Shown here: positions 1 through 11,099 of the stretch, in pieces | Layout of the letters: the number at the start of each line of letters is the position of its first letter | Numbering within the stretch: the first letter of the stretch is position 1 | Assembly: GCF_963921235.1 (NCBI RefSeq) | Contig: NC_086107.1 | Span: forward strand, 115,444,001-115,508,000 | Reading direction: 5' to 3' | Source of the DNA: Mobula hypostoma | Lineage: Eukaryota | DNA length: 64,000 nucleotides | Notes under the pieces: generated by a model | Seen by the model: the letters and a program-made list of their open reading frames with translations, nothing else | Told to the model about the DNA's origin: nothing | Databases searched by the model: none | Program-made: the position numbers and the translations under genes

Positions 1-110
1 CTATTTCAATATTATTGATATCTTTCCTGTAGATAGGTGACCAGAACTGCACACAATCCAACAAATTTGGCCTCAACAACGTTTTATGCAACTTCAATGT
101 AACATCCCAC
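1..110 (-). mobile_element. CR1-type LINE RT fragment (degenerate)
   Basis: GGTGACCAGAACTGCACACAA...TTTGGCCTCA is the reverse complement of the CR1 ORF2 segment (LVRPNLEYCVQFWSP) seen in the better-preserved copies at ~9730 and ~11980. Confidence 0.65.
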
Positions 111-1850
111 CTGGCGGGCTGACCTCTACCTTGCCAAGGCCAGGCGACCACTCCAGGCCATAAGAAAACTATCTCTGACACCATCACAGACCTCATCAAA
201 TCTGGAGAACTCCCATCCACTGCCACCAAACTCATAGTTCCCTTACCCCCCCCCCCCCCCACTGCTCATTTCTAACTCTGGTTGATCTTTCATTGATCCT
301 GTTATAATCACTACTTTATAGATTTACTGAGTATGCCCGCAAGAAAATGAATCTCAGAGTTACATTTGGTGATACATACCGTATATACCCCGATAATAAA
401 ATTTACTTTGAACTTTGAATTTCTACCAAAGATCCACAAACCTGACTGTCCAGGTAGGCAAGGTGTCTCTGCCTGCTCCTGCCACACTGAACTTCTGTCC
501 TCAAACCTCAACTCCATTCTATCCCCCTTGCTTCAGTCCGTTCCCCGCTACATCCCTGCCGCTTCTTGTGGTCTCAATCTCCTGACTAACTTTTAAATTC
601 CCTGACCTAGACCACCTCATTTTGACCATGGATGTCCAGTCTCTATGCACTTTTATACTCCATCAAGAAGGCCTTAAAGCTCTCAGTTTCTTTCTCAATA
701 AGAACCAACCAGTTACCCTCCTCCATCTGGCAGAACTGGTCCTCACCCTCAACAACTTTTCCTTCAGCTTCTCCCACTTTCTCCAGACTCGAAGAGCAGC
801 TTTTGCCCCAGCCCTGTCTGCTTTTTCATTGGCTACATAGAACAGTCCACGTTCCAAGCCTTTCCCAGGAGTGCTGCTCAACTCTTCCTCCGCTACTCTG
901 AAGACTGCATTGGTGCTGCTTCATGCACCCATGCTGAGTTTGTCAATTTCTTTAACTTCCCCCAATTTCCACCCTGCCCTTAAATTCACTCGGTCTATTT
1001 TTGACACCTCACTCCCCTTTCTCGATCTCTCTGTCTCCATCTCCAGAGACAAACGGTCAACCAACATATTTTATAAACCTATCAATTTCCAAGGCTATCT
1101 TGCCTATACCCCTTCCCACCCTACCTCATGTAAAAATGCTATTCCCTCTTTGCCTCCACTGCATCTTTTACCAGGATGAGGCGTTCCTTTCCAGAAGTCC
1201 TCCCTCTTCAAAGAACGGAGTTTCCCTTCCTCCACAATTGATGCTGCCTTCACCTGCATCGCCTCCATTTCCCGAACATTTGTGCTCACCCCATCTTCCC
1301 GCCGCCTTAACAGTGATAGAGTCCCTCTTGTCCTTGAGTCCCATGAGTCTCCGGGTCCAACTCATCAGTTTCAGTACTGCCTGCCATCTCCAAAGGGATC
1401 CTACCGCCAAACATATCCTTCCCCCTCTCCACTTTCCACGGGGAACTTTTCCTCCAATGTTCCCTTGTCCATTCATCCCTCCCAGTATTTATCCCTGCAA
1501 GTGGCCAAAGTGCTACACCTGCCCATTGACCTCCATTCAGAGTCCAGTCCTTTCCTGTGAGTCTGCCAGTCGCCTATTATGCCTGCTGCTCCTCTACATT
1601 GGTGAGGTCCATTGTAAACTGGGGAACCATTTGGTTGAGCACTTCTGCTCCGTCTGCAAAAAGTGGCATTTTCCAGTGGCCAAGCAGTTTAATTCCGATC
1701 CCTATTCCTGTTCTCTGACACGTTGGTCCATTGACAATTCTTGTGCCAAGCTGAGGTTACCTTCAAGGTGAAGGAGCAACGCCTTATATTTCATCTGGAT
1801 AGCTTCCAACCTGATAGTATGGACATCGATTTCCCCTTCAGGGAAAAAAA
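111..1850 (+). mobile_element. Penelope-like retroelement, degenerate RT + GIY-YIG endonuclease ORF
   Basis: Frame-shifted PLE motifs occur in order: LPKIHKPDCPGR, TMDVQSL, LAELVLTLNNFSF, LPFLDLSVSI..STNIFYKP, SHP..CKNAIP, then LLYIGE..LGNHLVEH..PVAKQFN and EQRLIFHLDSFQPDSMDIDF (GIY-YIG region). Multiple stops and frameshifts. Confidence 0.85.
275..418 (+). mobile_element. short LINE/SINE 3' end inserted into the Penelope-like element
   Basis: Ends in GATAATAAAATTTACTTTGAACTTTGA; related tails occur at ~3300 and ~16500. Flanked by the direct repeat ATTTCTA (268-274 and 419-425). Confidence 0.6.
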
Positions 1851-1939
1851 ATCCCCTCGCATTCCCCATTCTGCCCTCTTGCATCTTCTCACCTACCTGT
1901 CATCTCTCCCTGTATCCCCTCCTCCTTCTCTTTCTAGAT

Positions 1940-2260
1940 CCCTTTGTTCTGCTACACTCCTCGGTTCCCTGCCATTCTCTGTGTGAGATCTACTCTGGTT
2001 TTCCTCCCAAAATGCAACCCCTCACACTTGTCTGCATTGCATTCCATCTGCCACTTTTCCGTCCATATTTCCTGGTGGTTCAGACACTTCTGGGTTGAAC
2101 TCCATCTGCGATGTCTCAGCCCAGCTCTGCGTCAATGTCCCATTGTGATCCACGGCAACCTTCGAGACTATCCACAACACCAGCAACCTTTGTGTTATCG
2201 GCAAACTGACTAACCCATCCTTCCACTTCCTCATCCAAGTCATTTATAAAAATCACAAGC
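1940..2260 (-). mobile_element. CR1-type LINE RT fragment
   Basis: Minus-strand translation gives SKVAVD..WAETSQMEFNPE and WQMEC-like motifs. Confidence 0.65.
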
Positions 2261-2329
2261 CGTGATGCCCCAAATTACAAAAAAAAACAGTTAGAAATCA
2301 TGAGGTAACCCTCATGAGGGAATGAGAGG

Positions 2330-3320
2330 TCCAGAGGGTCAGTCGATTTAAATTCCTCTTATTAGACGACCTGTCTAGGGACCAGGATGCGTCATCACAA
2401 AGAAGGCATAGCAGCACCTGGACTTCCTTAGAAGCTTGTGTCGGTCCACATGTCACCCTAAACTTTGACAGACTTTTACAGATGCACTGCGGGCAGTATT
2501 CTGACTGGTTGCATCACGGCCTGGTATGGAAACACCAATGCCCAAGAACGGGGAAATAAAAACTACAAGAAGTGGTGAACACAGCCCAGTCCATCACAGG
2601 GAAAAGCAGCGTCACCACTCAGCACATTTACAAGGAGCGCCGCCACAAAAAAGCAGCATCTGACACCCCAGTGTCCGGGCCGTGCACTCTTCTATCATCA
2701 GTCAGGAGGTACAGAAGCCTTAGGTCCCACACCATCAGGTTCAGGAACAGATGTTGTCCTACAACCATCAGGATCCTAAAGAAAACTTCACTCACCTCGA
2801 CTCTGAATTTATTTTACGAACTACAGACTCACTTTCGAGAACTCTTAGGACCGAGATTAGGAAAAACTTCTTCACACAGAGAGTGGTGAATCTGTGGAAT
2901 TCTCTGCCACAGGAAACTGTTGAGGCCAGTTCATTGGCTATGTTTAAGAGGGAGTTAGATATGGCCCGTGTGGCTACAGGGGTCAGGGGGTATGGAGGGA
3001 AGGCTGGGGCGGGGTTCTGAGTTGGATGATCAGCCATGATCATAATAAATGGCGGTGCAGGCTCGAAGGGCCGAATGGCCTACTCCTGCACCTATTTTCT
3101 ATGTTTCTATGTTTCTTTACAACTCATTATCTCAGTCTTGTTTTTATTTGCATAACTTGTCTTATGGCCATTGTCAGTCTTTTCCTGTTTATGTATAGTT
3201 TTCATAAAATTCTACCGCAATTCTTTTTTTTAAGTGTGAATGCCTACAAACAATGAATCTCTATATCGTGTATTTGGTAAAACATACATATTTCGAAAAT
3301 AGATTTACCTTGAAGTTAGT
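2330..3320 (+). mobile_element. Rex1/Babar-like LINE 3' fragment interrupted by a CR1 3' end
   Basis: SILTGCITAWYGN, KLQEVVNTAQSITG and RRYRSLRSHTIRFRN are typical C-terminal motifs of this family. The host sequence resumes after 3115. Confidence 0.65.
2845..3115 (+). mobile_element. young CR1 3' end
   Basis: RKNFFTQRVVNLWNSLPQETVEASSL, then 3' UTR and (TTTCTATG)n tail. Near-identical to the reverse complement of ~19020-19290. Confidence 0.85.
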
Positions 3321-3329
3321 CCTTTTTTT

Positions 3330-3605
3330 CTGAGTAGAGTAGACTTCCGGTATTTTCCCCCCAGGGTGGAAATGTCCAACTGCAGAGGGCATGTATTTAA
3401 TGTGAAAGGGGGTAAGTTCAGAGGAAATGTGTAGAGCTATTTTTGTTTACACAGAGAGTGGTGGGGTGCCTGGAATATGCCGCCCAGGGTGATGCTGAAG
3501 ATAGATACGTTGAGGAGTTAAGCAGACACCAGGGTGTGCAGAGAGTGGAGGGACGTGGACATTCTGTAGGCGGAGGGATCCAGTTTAATTCAGCTGGCAC
3601 AAACT
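3330..3605 (+). mobile_element. old CR1 3' fragment
   Basis: FTQRVVG-like motif preceded by an RGH.F.VKGGKFRGNV-like segment. Confidence 0.55.
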
Positions 3606-3779
3606 TGTTGGTATTAGTCTGGGCTTATTATAGTCACATCTACCGAGATGCGGTAAAAAGCTTATCTTTGTTGTGTTGAAACAGTTTACACAGTGCGCTG
3701 AGCTGGAGAAAGTGTAAACCAATGCCAATGCAGAGTGAAGTGTATTGGCTGCGGAAGGGGTGCGCTGCAGCTAAGGCGC

Positions 3780-4270
3780 AGGAACTTATTAGATCGATTA
3801 GGTGAATTCTGAGGGCAAGTGCCAGCTAATAGCGGGTAAAGTTCTCCTTGAGCCAGGCGCTACCTGCTTTTGGGCTTTCAGATCTTCAGCCCGATCGGAG
3901 AGGGAACGTTTGGAGTTCGGAGAGGACTTTGGTTTTGCTGGCTGCTTTACCGAGGCAGTGAGAAGCGTGGAAGGGTTTCCGTGATGTGCTGAGCTGTGTC
4001 CGCAGCTCTGCAGTTTCCTTGCGGTCTCGGACGGGCAGGGCAGTTGCCGGACCACCCTGTGGTCTGTCCAAAAACAATGCTCGTACGGTGCATTGATAAC
4101 AGCTGGGAAGGGTCGACGGGGACGTGTGGGATTTCTTTGGCCTCCCGAGGGGGTAGAGGCTCTGGTGAGCTGCCGTGACACCAGCGTGGATGGAGCAGGA
4201 CAGGTTGTGGGTGATGGAATCTGAAGCTCTCAGCCCTCTCGGCCTCAGCACTGTTGATGTAGACAGAACT
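3780..4270 (-). mobile_element. Rex1/Babar-like LINE fragment
   Basis: Minus-strand DRKETAE / RKLQSCGHSSAHH / CLGKAASKTK resemble the + strand copy at 16520-16720. Confidence 0.5.
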
Positions 4271-4274
4271 ATGT

Positions 4275-4459
4275 GCACCCTCACCCCCCATCACCACACA
4301 TACCCTCACCCCCCATCACCACACACCCTCACCCCCCATCACCACACATACCCTCACCCCCCATCACCACACACCCTCACCCCCCATCACCACACACACC
4401 CTCACCCCCATCACCACACACACACACACACACACCCTCACCCCCCATCACCACACACC
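4275..4459. repeat. ~23-25 bp C/A-rich tandem repeat, followed by an assembly gap (N 4460-4779)
   Basis: CCCTCACCCCCCATCACCACACA(TA) repeated about 7 times. Confidence 0.9.
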
Positions 4460-5449
4460 NNNNNNNNNNNNNNNNNNNNNNNNNNNNNNNNNNNNNNNNN
4501 NNNNNNNNNNNNNNNNNNNNNNNNNNNNNNNNNNNNNNNNNNNNNNNNNNNNNNNNNNNNNNNNNNNNNNNNNNNNNNNNNNNNNNNNNNNNNNNNNNNN
4601 NNNNNNNNNNNNNNNNNNNNNNNNNNNNNNNNNNNNNNNNNNNNNNNNNNNNNNNNNNNNNNNNNNNNNNNNNNNNNNNNNNNNNNNNNNNNNNNNNNNN
4701 NNNNNNNNNNNNNNNNNNNNNNNNNNNNNNNNNNNNNNNNNNNNNNNNNNNNNNNNNNNNNNNNNNNNNNNNNNNNNNNAGAATCTGGCCACATAGTCAT
4801 GAATATACAGGGACTAGAGTAGGGGGTGAGGACGCAGCCTTTTCTTCTAGGTATTTCCAAATCTCTGATGCCAGAGAATGTGCTTTTAAATTGAGGGAGG
4901 GAAAGTTTAAGGCCATGTGAAGATTGATTTTTTTTTATACAGAGAGTGGTTGGTGTCTGGAGTGGATTACTAGGGCTGGAATCCCGAGTTGAAGAGACTT
5001 TTAGATACATTCATAAACATGAATGGATGGAAGGATAGTATCTGTTGGCAACAAGATCATACATAGTGGGCTGAGTGCCCTGACCATAGAACCATAAAAC
5101 CACTTAGGCCAACAAGTATGCTCCGCCATTCCATCATGACTGATTTATGAACCCCATTCTCCTGTCTTCTCCCCGTAACTTTTGACACCCTGACTAATCA
5201 AGAACCTTTCAACCTCCGCTTTAAATTCACCCAGTGACTTGGCTTCCTCAGTCTACTGTGGCAATGAATTCTGCAGTTTCACCGCCCTTCTGCTAAAGAA
5301 TTTCCTCATCTTTCTTCTAAGCAGGGGTTCTGAGAGTTTCAGACGGGCTGCCGAACTTTCGCCGAGGTTGATAAACTTGGCGAAGTTGCCGAGACGAAGT
5401 TGGACAGAGGCGTTGTTGACTGCAAGGCTCGCCCAGACAATACAAACAT

Positions 5450-5655
5450 CAGAGATTCTGCTGACGCTGGAAATCTTCACCGACACACACAACACACCGG
5501 AGGAACTCAGCAAGCCAGGCAGCGTCAATGGAGGGGAACTAACAGTCGAAGTTTCAGTTCGAGTCCAGTTCTAGGTTCTGGTGAAGGGTCTCGGCCCGAA
5601 ACGCCGACTGCCCGACCTGCTGAGTTCCTTCGGCAATTGGTTTGTGTTGCTCCAC
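5450..5655. mobile_element. inverted pair of Penelope-like terminal-repeat fragments containing a degenerate hammerhead-like motif
   Basis: AGGAACTCAGCA (5501-5512) is the exact reverse complement of 5618-5629, and the inner arms 5543-5563 and 5590-5610 are imperfectly complementary. CTGGTGA-AGGGTCTCGGCCC-GAAAC lies at 5578-5602. Confidence 0.6.
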
Positions 5656-5718
5656 CCGCCCCACTAACACAAAAAATGCTCGACATAAATCTCAATGATA
5701 CAGCTCTTAGCAAGTTAC

Positions 5719-5818
5719 CGTATTCGGCTTCATTTAGGTTGTAATAATCGTATTTATCGTAGTACTCTTGTTCGAAGGTGCTGCCTCCGGAGTCCCGGGC
5801 TTTGGCGCAGTCAGCCAT
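5719..5818 (-). CDS. NUPR1: nuclear protein 1 (p8/NUPR1), first coding exon; downstream exons not found in the window
   Basis: ATG at 5818 gives MADCAKARDSGGSTFEQEYYDKYDYYNLNEAEY+G, then a phase-1 donor G|GTAACT. FEQEYYDKYDYYNL matches the fish NUPR1 N-terminal FEEEYYDEYEYYNL motif. Head-to-head with SGF29, as in mammals. Confidence 0.85.
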
Positions 5819-5884
5819 CCAGGTACCGACAGAGAAACGCACAAGCAGATCGCCACTCGAGCTTTGCGAACGATCTTTGCGCTA

Positions 5885-6020
5885 AGCTTGTTTACGGAGG
5901 TTACATCAGCCAGGGAGCGGGAGGTCTCCCTGCCCTTGTCTCGCTGCCAGCAGCCACAGCCCAACCAGTCGGGAGGGAGGGAGGGAACACTGGGTTTGCA
6001 GGGACGTCACGTTTACCACA
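5885..6020 (-). promoter_or_regulatory. putative NUPR1 proximal promoter: FOXO site, C/EBP-ATF (ATF4) element, CRE-like site
   Basis: TTGTTTAC at 5888-5895; GTTACATCA (= TGATGTAAC) at 5900-5908; GGACGTCAC at 6002-6010. CpG-rich context, 70-190 bp upstream of the ATG. Confidence 0.55.
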
Positions 6021-6138
6021 TACTGTATCACCACGGGACGGGGGCTGGTGGAGCGGCGAACGCAGCTGTTACCTTTGCTACTTTGTACACGGGACAAAGA
6101 TAGAGGAAAAACCAATGTGTCCATGTATGTACGCTGAG

Positions 6139-6163
6139 TGAGAGAGAGAGAGAGAGGGATACC

Positions 6164-6197
<34 letters not shown>
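6139..6197. repeat. (GA)n and (TG)n microsatellites
   Basis: Read directly from the sequence. Confidence 0.95.
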
Positions 6198-6654
6198 ACA
6201 CCAGCCCAGAATGTACCTCCCATCCGTCCCACAGTCTCTTTGAGCTCCTACCGTCAGGCAGAAGGTGCCGCTGTACACGGACAAGGTCCGTCAGGCTGGG
6301 TGACGGCTTCTCCAGGTTCTGCGAGGCAAACAGGCCGTGACACTTCTCAACAGCACCCCCCCCCGCCCCGTAAACGTTACCTCTGACAGCAGCGGTAGCA
6401 TTGTAATGTTGTGCATTTAACTGAATGCACTTTATGTCATCTTGTACAGCTACAGACCATGTTTTATTATTGTGTTAAGATTATTTCAAGTGATGTATGT
6501 ACTGTGTTTCGAACCTGGCTTCCAATGGAACGTTGTGTATCGTTAAATGACAATAAAGCCGAACTGGAAACTGCAGTCGCAGTCAGTCTCCATGCACAGA
6601 GCCAATGCCCCTCTCCGTCTCCACAGCCCCCACCTTACACTACACCCCAACCGT

Positions 6655-6960
6655 AAACCCCCCCTCCCCTACACCCGTCCCCGTCTCCGATACCCCTTCC
6701 CTCCCCTACACCCGTCCCCGTTACCCCCTCCATCCCTTACACCTGTCTCCGTTATCCCCTCTCTCCCCTACACCCGTCCCCGTCTCCGTTACCCCTCCCT
6801 CCCCTACACCCGTCTCCGATACCCCCTCCCTCCCCTACACCCGTCCCCGTTACCCCCTCCCTCCCCTACAACCGTCCCCGTTACCCCCTCCATTCCTTAC
6901 ACCCGTCCCCGTCCCCGTTACCCCCTCTCCCCTACACCCGCCTCCGTCACACCCTCCCTC
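6655..6960. repeat. degenerate C-rich minisatellite (~30-37 bp unit)
   Basis: CCCCTACACCCGTCCCCGTTACCCCCTCCCT variants, about 9 copies. Confidence 0.85.
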
Positions 6961-7099
6961 GCCATTTTCGGACCCCCTGCGAATATTTGAATTGAATTGA
7001 ATTGACCTACGAATGTTGAATTGAATTGAATTGGCTTTATTACTTTCATTCCTCAGGTACATGAAGAGTAAAAATCTTTACGTCATGTCTCCGTCTAAA

Positions 7100-10000
7100 T
7101 TGGTGAGGCCAGATTTGGAGTATTGTGTACAGTTTTGGTCACCAAATTACAGGAAGGAGCGGTCAAGAACAGGGAGATAATGGATCTGAATGTGTGGCTG
7201 AGGAACTGGTGCAGGAAGCAAGGATTTACATTCTTGGACCACTGGGGTATGTTTCGGGGTAAGGATGAATTGTACAAAAGGGACGGGTTGCACCTTAATA
7301 AGTGGGGCACCAACATTCTGGCAGGTAGGTTTGCCTCTGCAACATGGGTGTGTTTAAACTAAGTAGTGGGGGGGAGGGGACGAACTGGAAACATAAGGAT
7401 GGAGATAAGGGAAAGTGAGAATAAGAAAAGTTAAGAAAGACAGCAGAATCAACAGAGCAGAAAGCTCAAGAAGGGATCGTACAGTATGGCCAAGTGAAAT
7501 AGGAATTGATATGGGAGGTGAGGGGAGTAATGAATTAAAAGTATTGTATATGAATGCACGGAGTATAAGAAATAAAGTGGACGAGTTTGAGGCACAGTTG
7601 GAAATTGGTAAGTATGATGTTGTGGGAATCACAGAGACATGGCTTCAAGTGGACAGGGCCTGGGAAATGAATATTCAAGGGTATACGTCCTATCGAAAGG
7701 ACAGACTGATGGGCAGAGGGGGTGGGGTGGCTCTGTTGGTGAGGAATGATATTCAGTCCCTTGTGCGGGGGGACATAGGAAGGAGACATAGAGTCAGTGT
7801 GGATAGAACTGAGAAATTCTAAGGGTAGAAAGACCCGAATTGGAGTTATCTACAGGCCCCCAAACAGTAGTCTGGATGTAGGGTGTAAGTTGAATCAAGA
7901 GTTAAAATTGGCATGTCGCAAAGGTAATGCTACAGTTGTTATGGGGGACTTCAACATGCAGGTAGACTGGAGGAATCAGGTTGGTACTGGACCCCAAGAA
8001 AGGGAGTTTGTGGAGTCCCTCAGAGATGGATTCTTAGAACAGCTTGTACTGGAGCCTATCAGAGAGAACGCAATTCTAAATTTAGTGTTGTGCAATGAAC
8101 CGGATTTGATCAGGGACCTCGAGGTAAAGGAGCCATTAGGAGGTAGTGACCATAATATGATAAGTTTTAATCTACAATTTGAGAGGGAGAAGGGAAACTT
8201 GAAAGTGTCAGTATTACAGTTGAACAAAGGGAACTCTGGTGCTATGAGGGAGGAGTTGGCCAAAGTTCAATGGAACAATACCCTAGCAGGGATGACAGTG
8301 GAACAGCAATGGCAAGTGTTTCTGGGAATAATGCGGAAGGTGCAGGATCAGTTCACTCCAAAGAGGAAGAAAGATCCTAAGGGGAGTAAGGGGAGGCCGT
8401 GGCTGACAAGGGAGGTAATGGACAGTATAAAAATAAAAGAGAAGAAGTATAACATAGCAAAGACGAGTGGGAAGCCGGAGGATTGGGAAACTTTTAAAGA
8501 GCAACAGAAGGTAACTAAAAAGGCAATACGCGGAGAGAAAATGAGGTACAAAGGTAAACTAGCCAAGAATATAAAGGAGGATAGTAAAAGCTTCTTTAGG
8601 TATGTGAAAAGGAAACAAAATTTTTAGGACCAAAATTTGGCCCTTGAAGACAGAAGCGGCTGAATTCTTTATGGGGAACAAGGAAATGGCAGATGAGTTG
8701 AACAGGTACTTTGGATCTGTCTTCACTAGTGAAGACACAAACAATCTCCCAGATATAATAGTGGCCAAAGGACCTAGGGTAATGGATGAATTGAAGGAAA
8801 TTTATATTAGGCAGGAAATGGTGTTGGATAGACTGTTGGGTCTGAAGGCTGATAAGTCCCTGGGATCTGATGGTCTGCATCCCAGGGTACTTAAGGAGGT
8901 GGCTTTAGAAATCGTGGACCCATTGGTAATCATTTTCCAATGTTCTATAGATTCAGGATCAGTTCCTGTGGATCGGAGGGTGGCTAATGTTGTCCCTCTC
9001 TTCAAGAAGGGAGGAAGAGAGAAAACAGGGAATTATAGACCGGTTAGCCTGATGTCGGTGGTGGGAAAGATGCTGGAGTCAATTATAAAAGATGAAATTA
9101 CGACAAATCTGGATAGCAGTAACAGGATTGGTCCGAGTCAGGATGGATTTACGAAGGGGAAATCATGCTTGACTAATCTTCTGGAATTTTTTGAGGATGT
9201 AACTATGAAAATGGACAAGGGAGAGCCAGTGGATGTAGTGTACCTGGACTTTCAGAAAGCCTTTGATAAAGTCCCACATAGGAGATTAGTGGGCAAAATT
9301 AGGGCACATGGTATTGGGGGCAGAGTACTGACATGGATTGAAAATTGGCTGGCTGACAGAAAACAAAGAGTAGCGATTAACGGGTCCCTTTCGGAATGGC
9401 AGGCGGTGACCAGTGGGGTACCGCAGGGTTCTGTGCTGGGACCGCAGCTGTTTACAATATATATTAATGATTTAGATGAGGGAATTAAAAGTAACATTAG
9501 CAAATTTGCAGATGACACAAAGCTGGGTGGCAGTGTGAAATGTCTAAATGGAGTCAAGTTAGGAAAAGGGGAAGTACAACGAGATCTAGGTGTTCTTGTA
9601 CATCAGTCACTGAAAGCAAGCATGCAAGTACAGCAGGCAGTGAAGAAAGCTAATGGCATGCTGGCCTTCATAACAAGGGGAATTGAGTATAAGAGCAAAG
9701 AGGTCCTTCTGCAGCTGTACAGGGCCCTGGTGAGACCACACCTGGAGTACTGTGTGCAGTTTTGGTCTCCAAATTTGAGGAAGGACATTCTCGCTATTGA
9801 GGGAGTGCAGCGTAGGTTCACAAGGTTAATTCCCAGGATGGCGGGACTGTCCTATGTCGAAAGATTGGAGTGACTGGGCTTGTATACACTGGAATTTAGA
9901 AGGCTGAGAGGGGATCTTATTGAAACATATAAGGTTATTAAGGGATTGGACACGCTGGAGGCAGAAAGCATGTTCCCGCTGATGGGTGAGTCCAGAACCA

Positions 10001-10752
10001 GAGGTCACAGTTTAAGAATTAGGGGTAAGCCATTTAGAATGGAGTTGAGGAAAAACTTTTTCACCCAGAGAGTGGTGGATGTATGGAATGCTCTGCCCCA
10101 GAAGGCTGTGGAGGCCAAGTCTCTGGATGCTTTCAAAAAAGAGATGGATAGAGCTCTTAAAGATAGCGGAATCAAAGGTTATGGGGATAAGGCAGGAACT
10201 GGATACTGATTGTGGATGATCAGCCATGATCACAGTGAATGGCGGTGCTGGCTCGAAGGGCCGAATGGCCTACTCCTGCATTAATTGTCTATTGTCTAAT
10301 AAGGTTGAAAGAGTGCAGAGAAGGTTTACAAGGACGTTGCCGGGACTTGAGAAACTGAGTTACAGAGAAAGGTTGAGAAAGGACTTTATTCCCTGAAGCG
10401 TAGAAGAATGAGGGGAGATTTGATAGAGGTATATAAAATTATGATGGGTATAGACAGAGTGAATGCAAGCAGGCTTTTTCCACTGAGGCAAGGGGAGAAA
10501 AAAACCAGAGGACATGGGTTAAGGGTGAAGGGAGAAAAGTTTAAAGGAAACATTAGGGCGGGCTCTTCACACAGAGAGTGGTGGGAGTGTGGAATGAGCT
10601 GCCAGATGAAGTGGTAAATGCGGGCTCACTTTTTAACATTTAAGAATAACTTGGACAGGTACATGGATGGGAGGACTAGGCAGAAAAATGGTTCGGCACA
10701 GCCAAGAAGGGCCAAAAGGCCTGTTTCGGAGCTGTAATGTTCTGTGGTTCTA
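7100..10752 (+). mobile_element. older CR1 3' fragment split by a younger CR1 (host halves ~7100-7157 and ~10298-10752)
   Basis: The left half reads VRPDLEYCVQFWSPNYRK and the right half resumes NKVERVQRRFTRTLPGL..RMRGDLIEVYKIM, which is contiguous CR1 ORF2 sequence. Confidence 0.75.
7158..10297 (+). mobile_element. 5'-truncated CR1 LINE: ORF1 esterase-like C-terminus + ORF2 (APE endonuclease-RT), disrupted
   Basis: ORF1: LNVWLRNWC..GFTFLDHW..DGLHLN. Endonuclease: YMNARSIRNK, GITETWL, MGDFN, GGSDHN. RT: [36 protein letters not shown]. Frameshifts at ~7790 and ~8625, internal deletion at ~9540, stop at 9871-9873, (ATTGTCT)n tail. Confidence 0.93.
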
Positions 10753-10754
10753 AA

Positions 10755-11065
10755 TGTGCAATGTGCAATTTATAGTAATTTGTAATAAATAGTATGTACA
10801 ACAGGACAGTCAATATAACATAGAAATACAGTTGTGTCAGCATGAATTAATCAGTCTGATGGCCTGCTGGAAGAAGCTGTCCCGGAGCCTGTTGGTCCTG
10901 GCTTTTATGCTGCGGTACCGTTTCCCGGGTGGTAGCAGCTGGGACAGTTTGTGGTTGGGGTGACTCGGGTCTCCAATGATCCTTCGGGCGCTTTTCTCTG
11001 TAAATACCCTGAATAGTGGGGAGTTCACAGCTACAGATGCGCTGGGCTGTCCGCACCACTCTCTG
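10755..11065 (-). mobile_element. Rex1/Babar-like LINE 3' fragment
   Basis: ARRIIGDPSHPNHKLSQLLPPGKRYRSIKARTNRLRDSFFQQAIRLIN. Confidence 0.8.
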
Positions 11066-11099
11066 CGGTTGCATTTCTTTAATTTGCAACTTTCTGGGC

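Noticed and set aside
5461-5470. CTGACGCTGG identical to the satellite core on the minus strand
   Set aside because: A single 10-bp match inside a different repeat family; too short to imply common origin.
5253-5528. Candidate NUPR1 exon 2 (minus ORF ending ..VKLQNSLPQ, reminiscent of KLQNSE)
   Set aside because: It lacks the GRTKRE/NTNR/GGHERK core, and FFSRRAVKLQNSLPQ is a decayed CR1 FFTQRVVNLWNSLPQ motif. The true exon 2 was not found in the window.
6986-7040. (TTGAA)n tract as a heat-shock element or satellite
   Set aside because: HSEs need alternating inverted nGAAn units. This direct repeat next to TTTATT is better explained as the reverse-oriented 3' tail of a LINE.
8644-9873. 409-aa RT ORF as a domesticated gene or active element
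   Set aside because: It has frameshifts upstream, an internal deletion after FADDTKLGGSV, a premature stop and a 5' truncation: an ordinary dead CR1.
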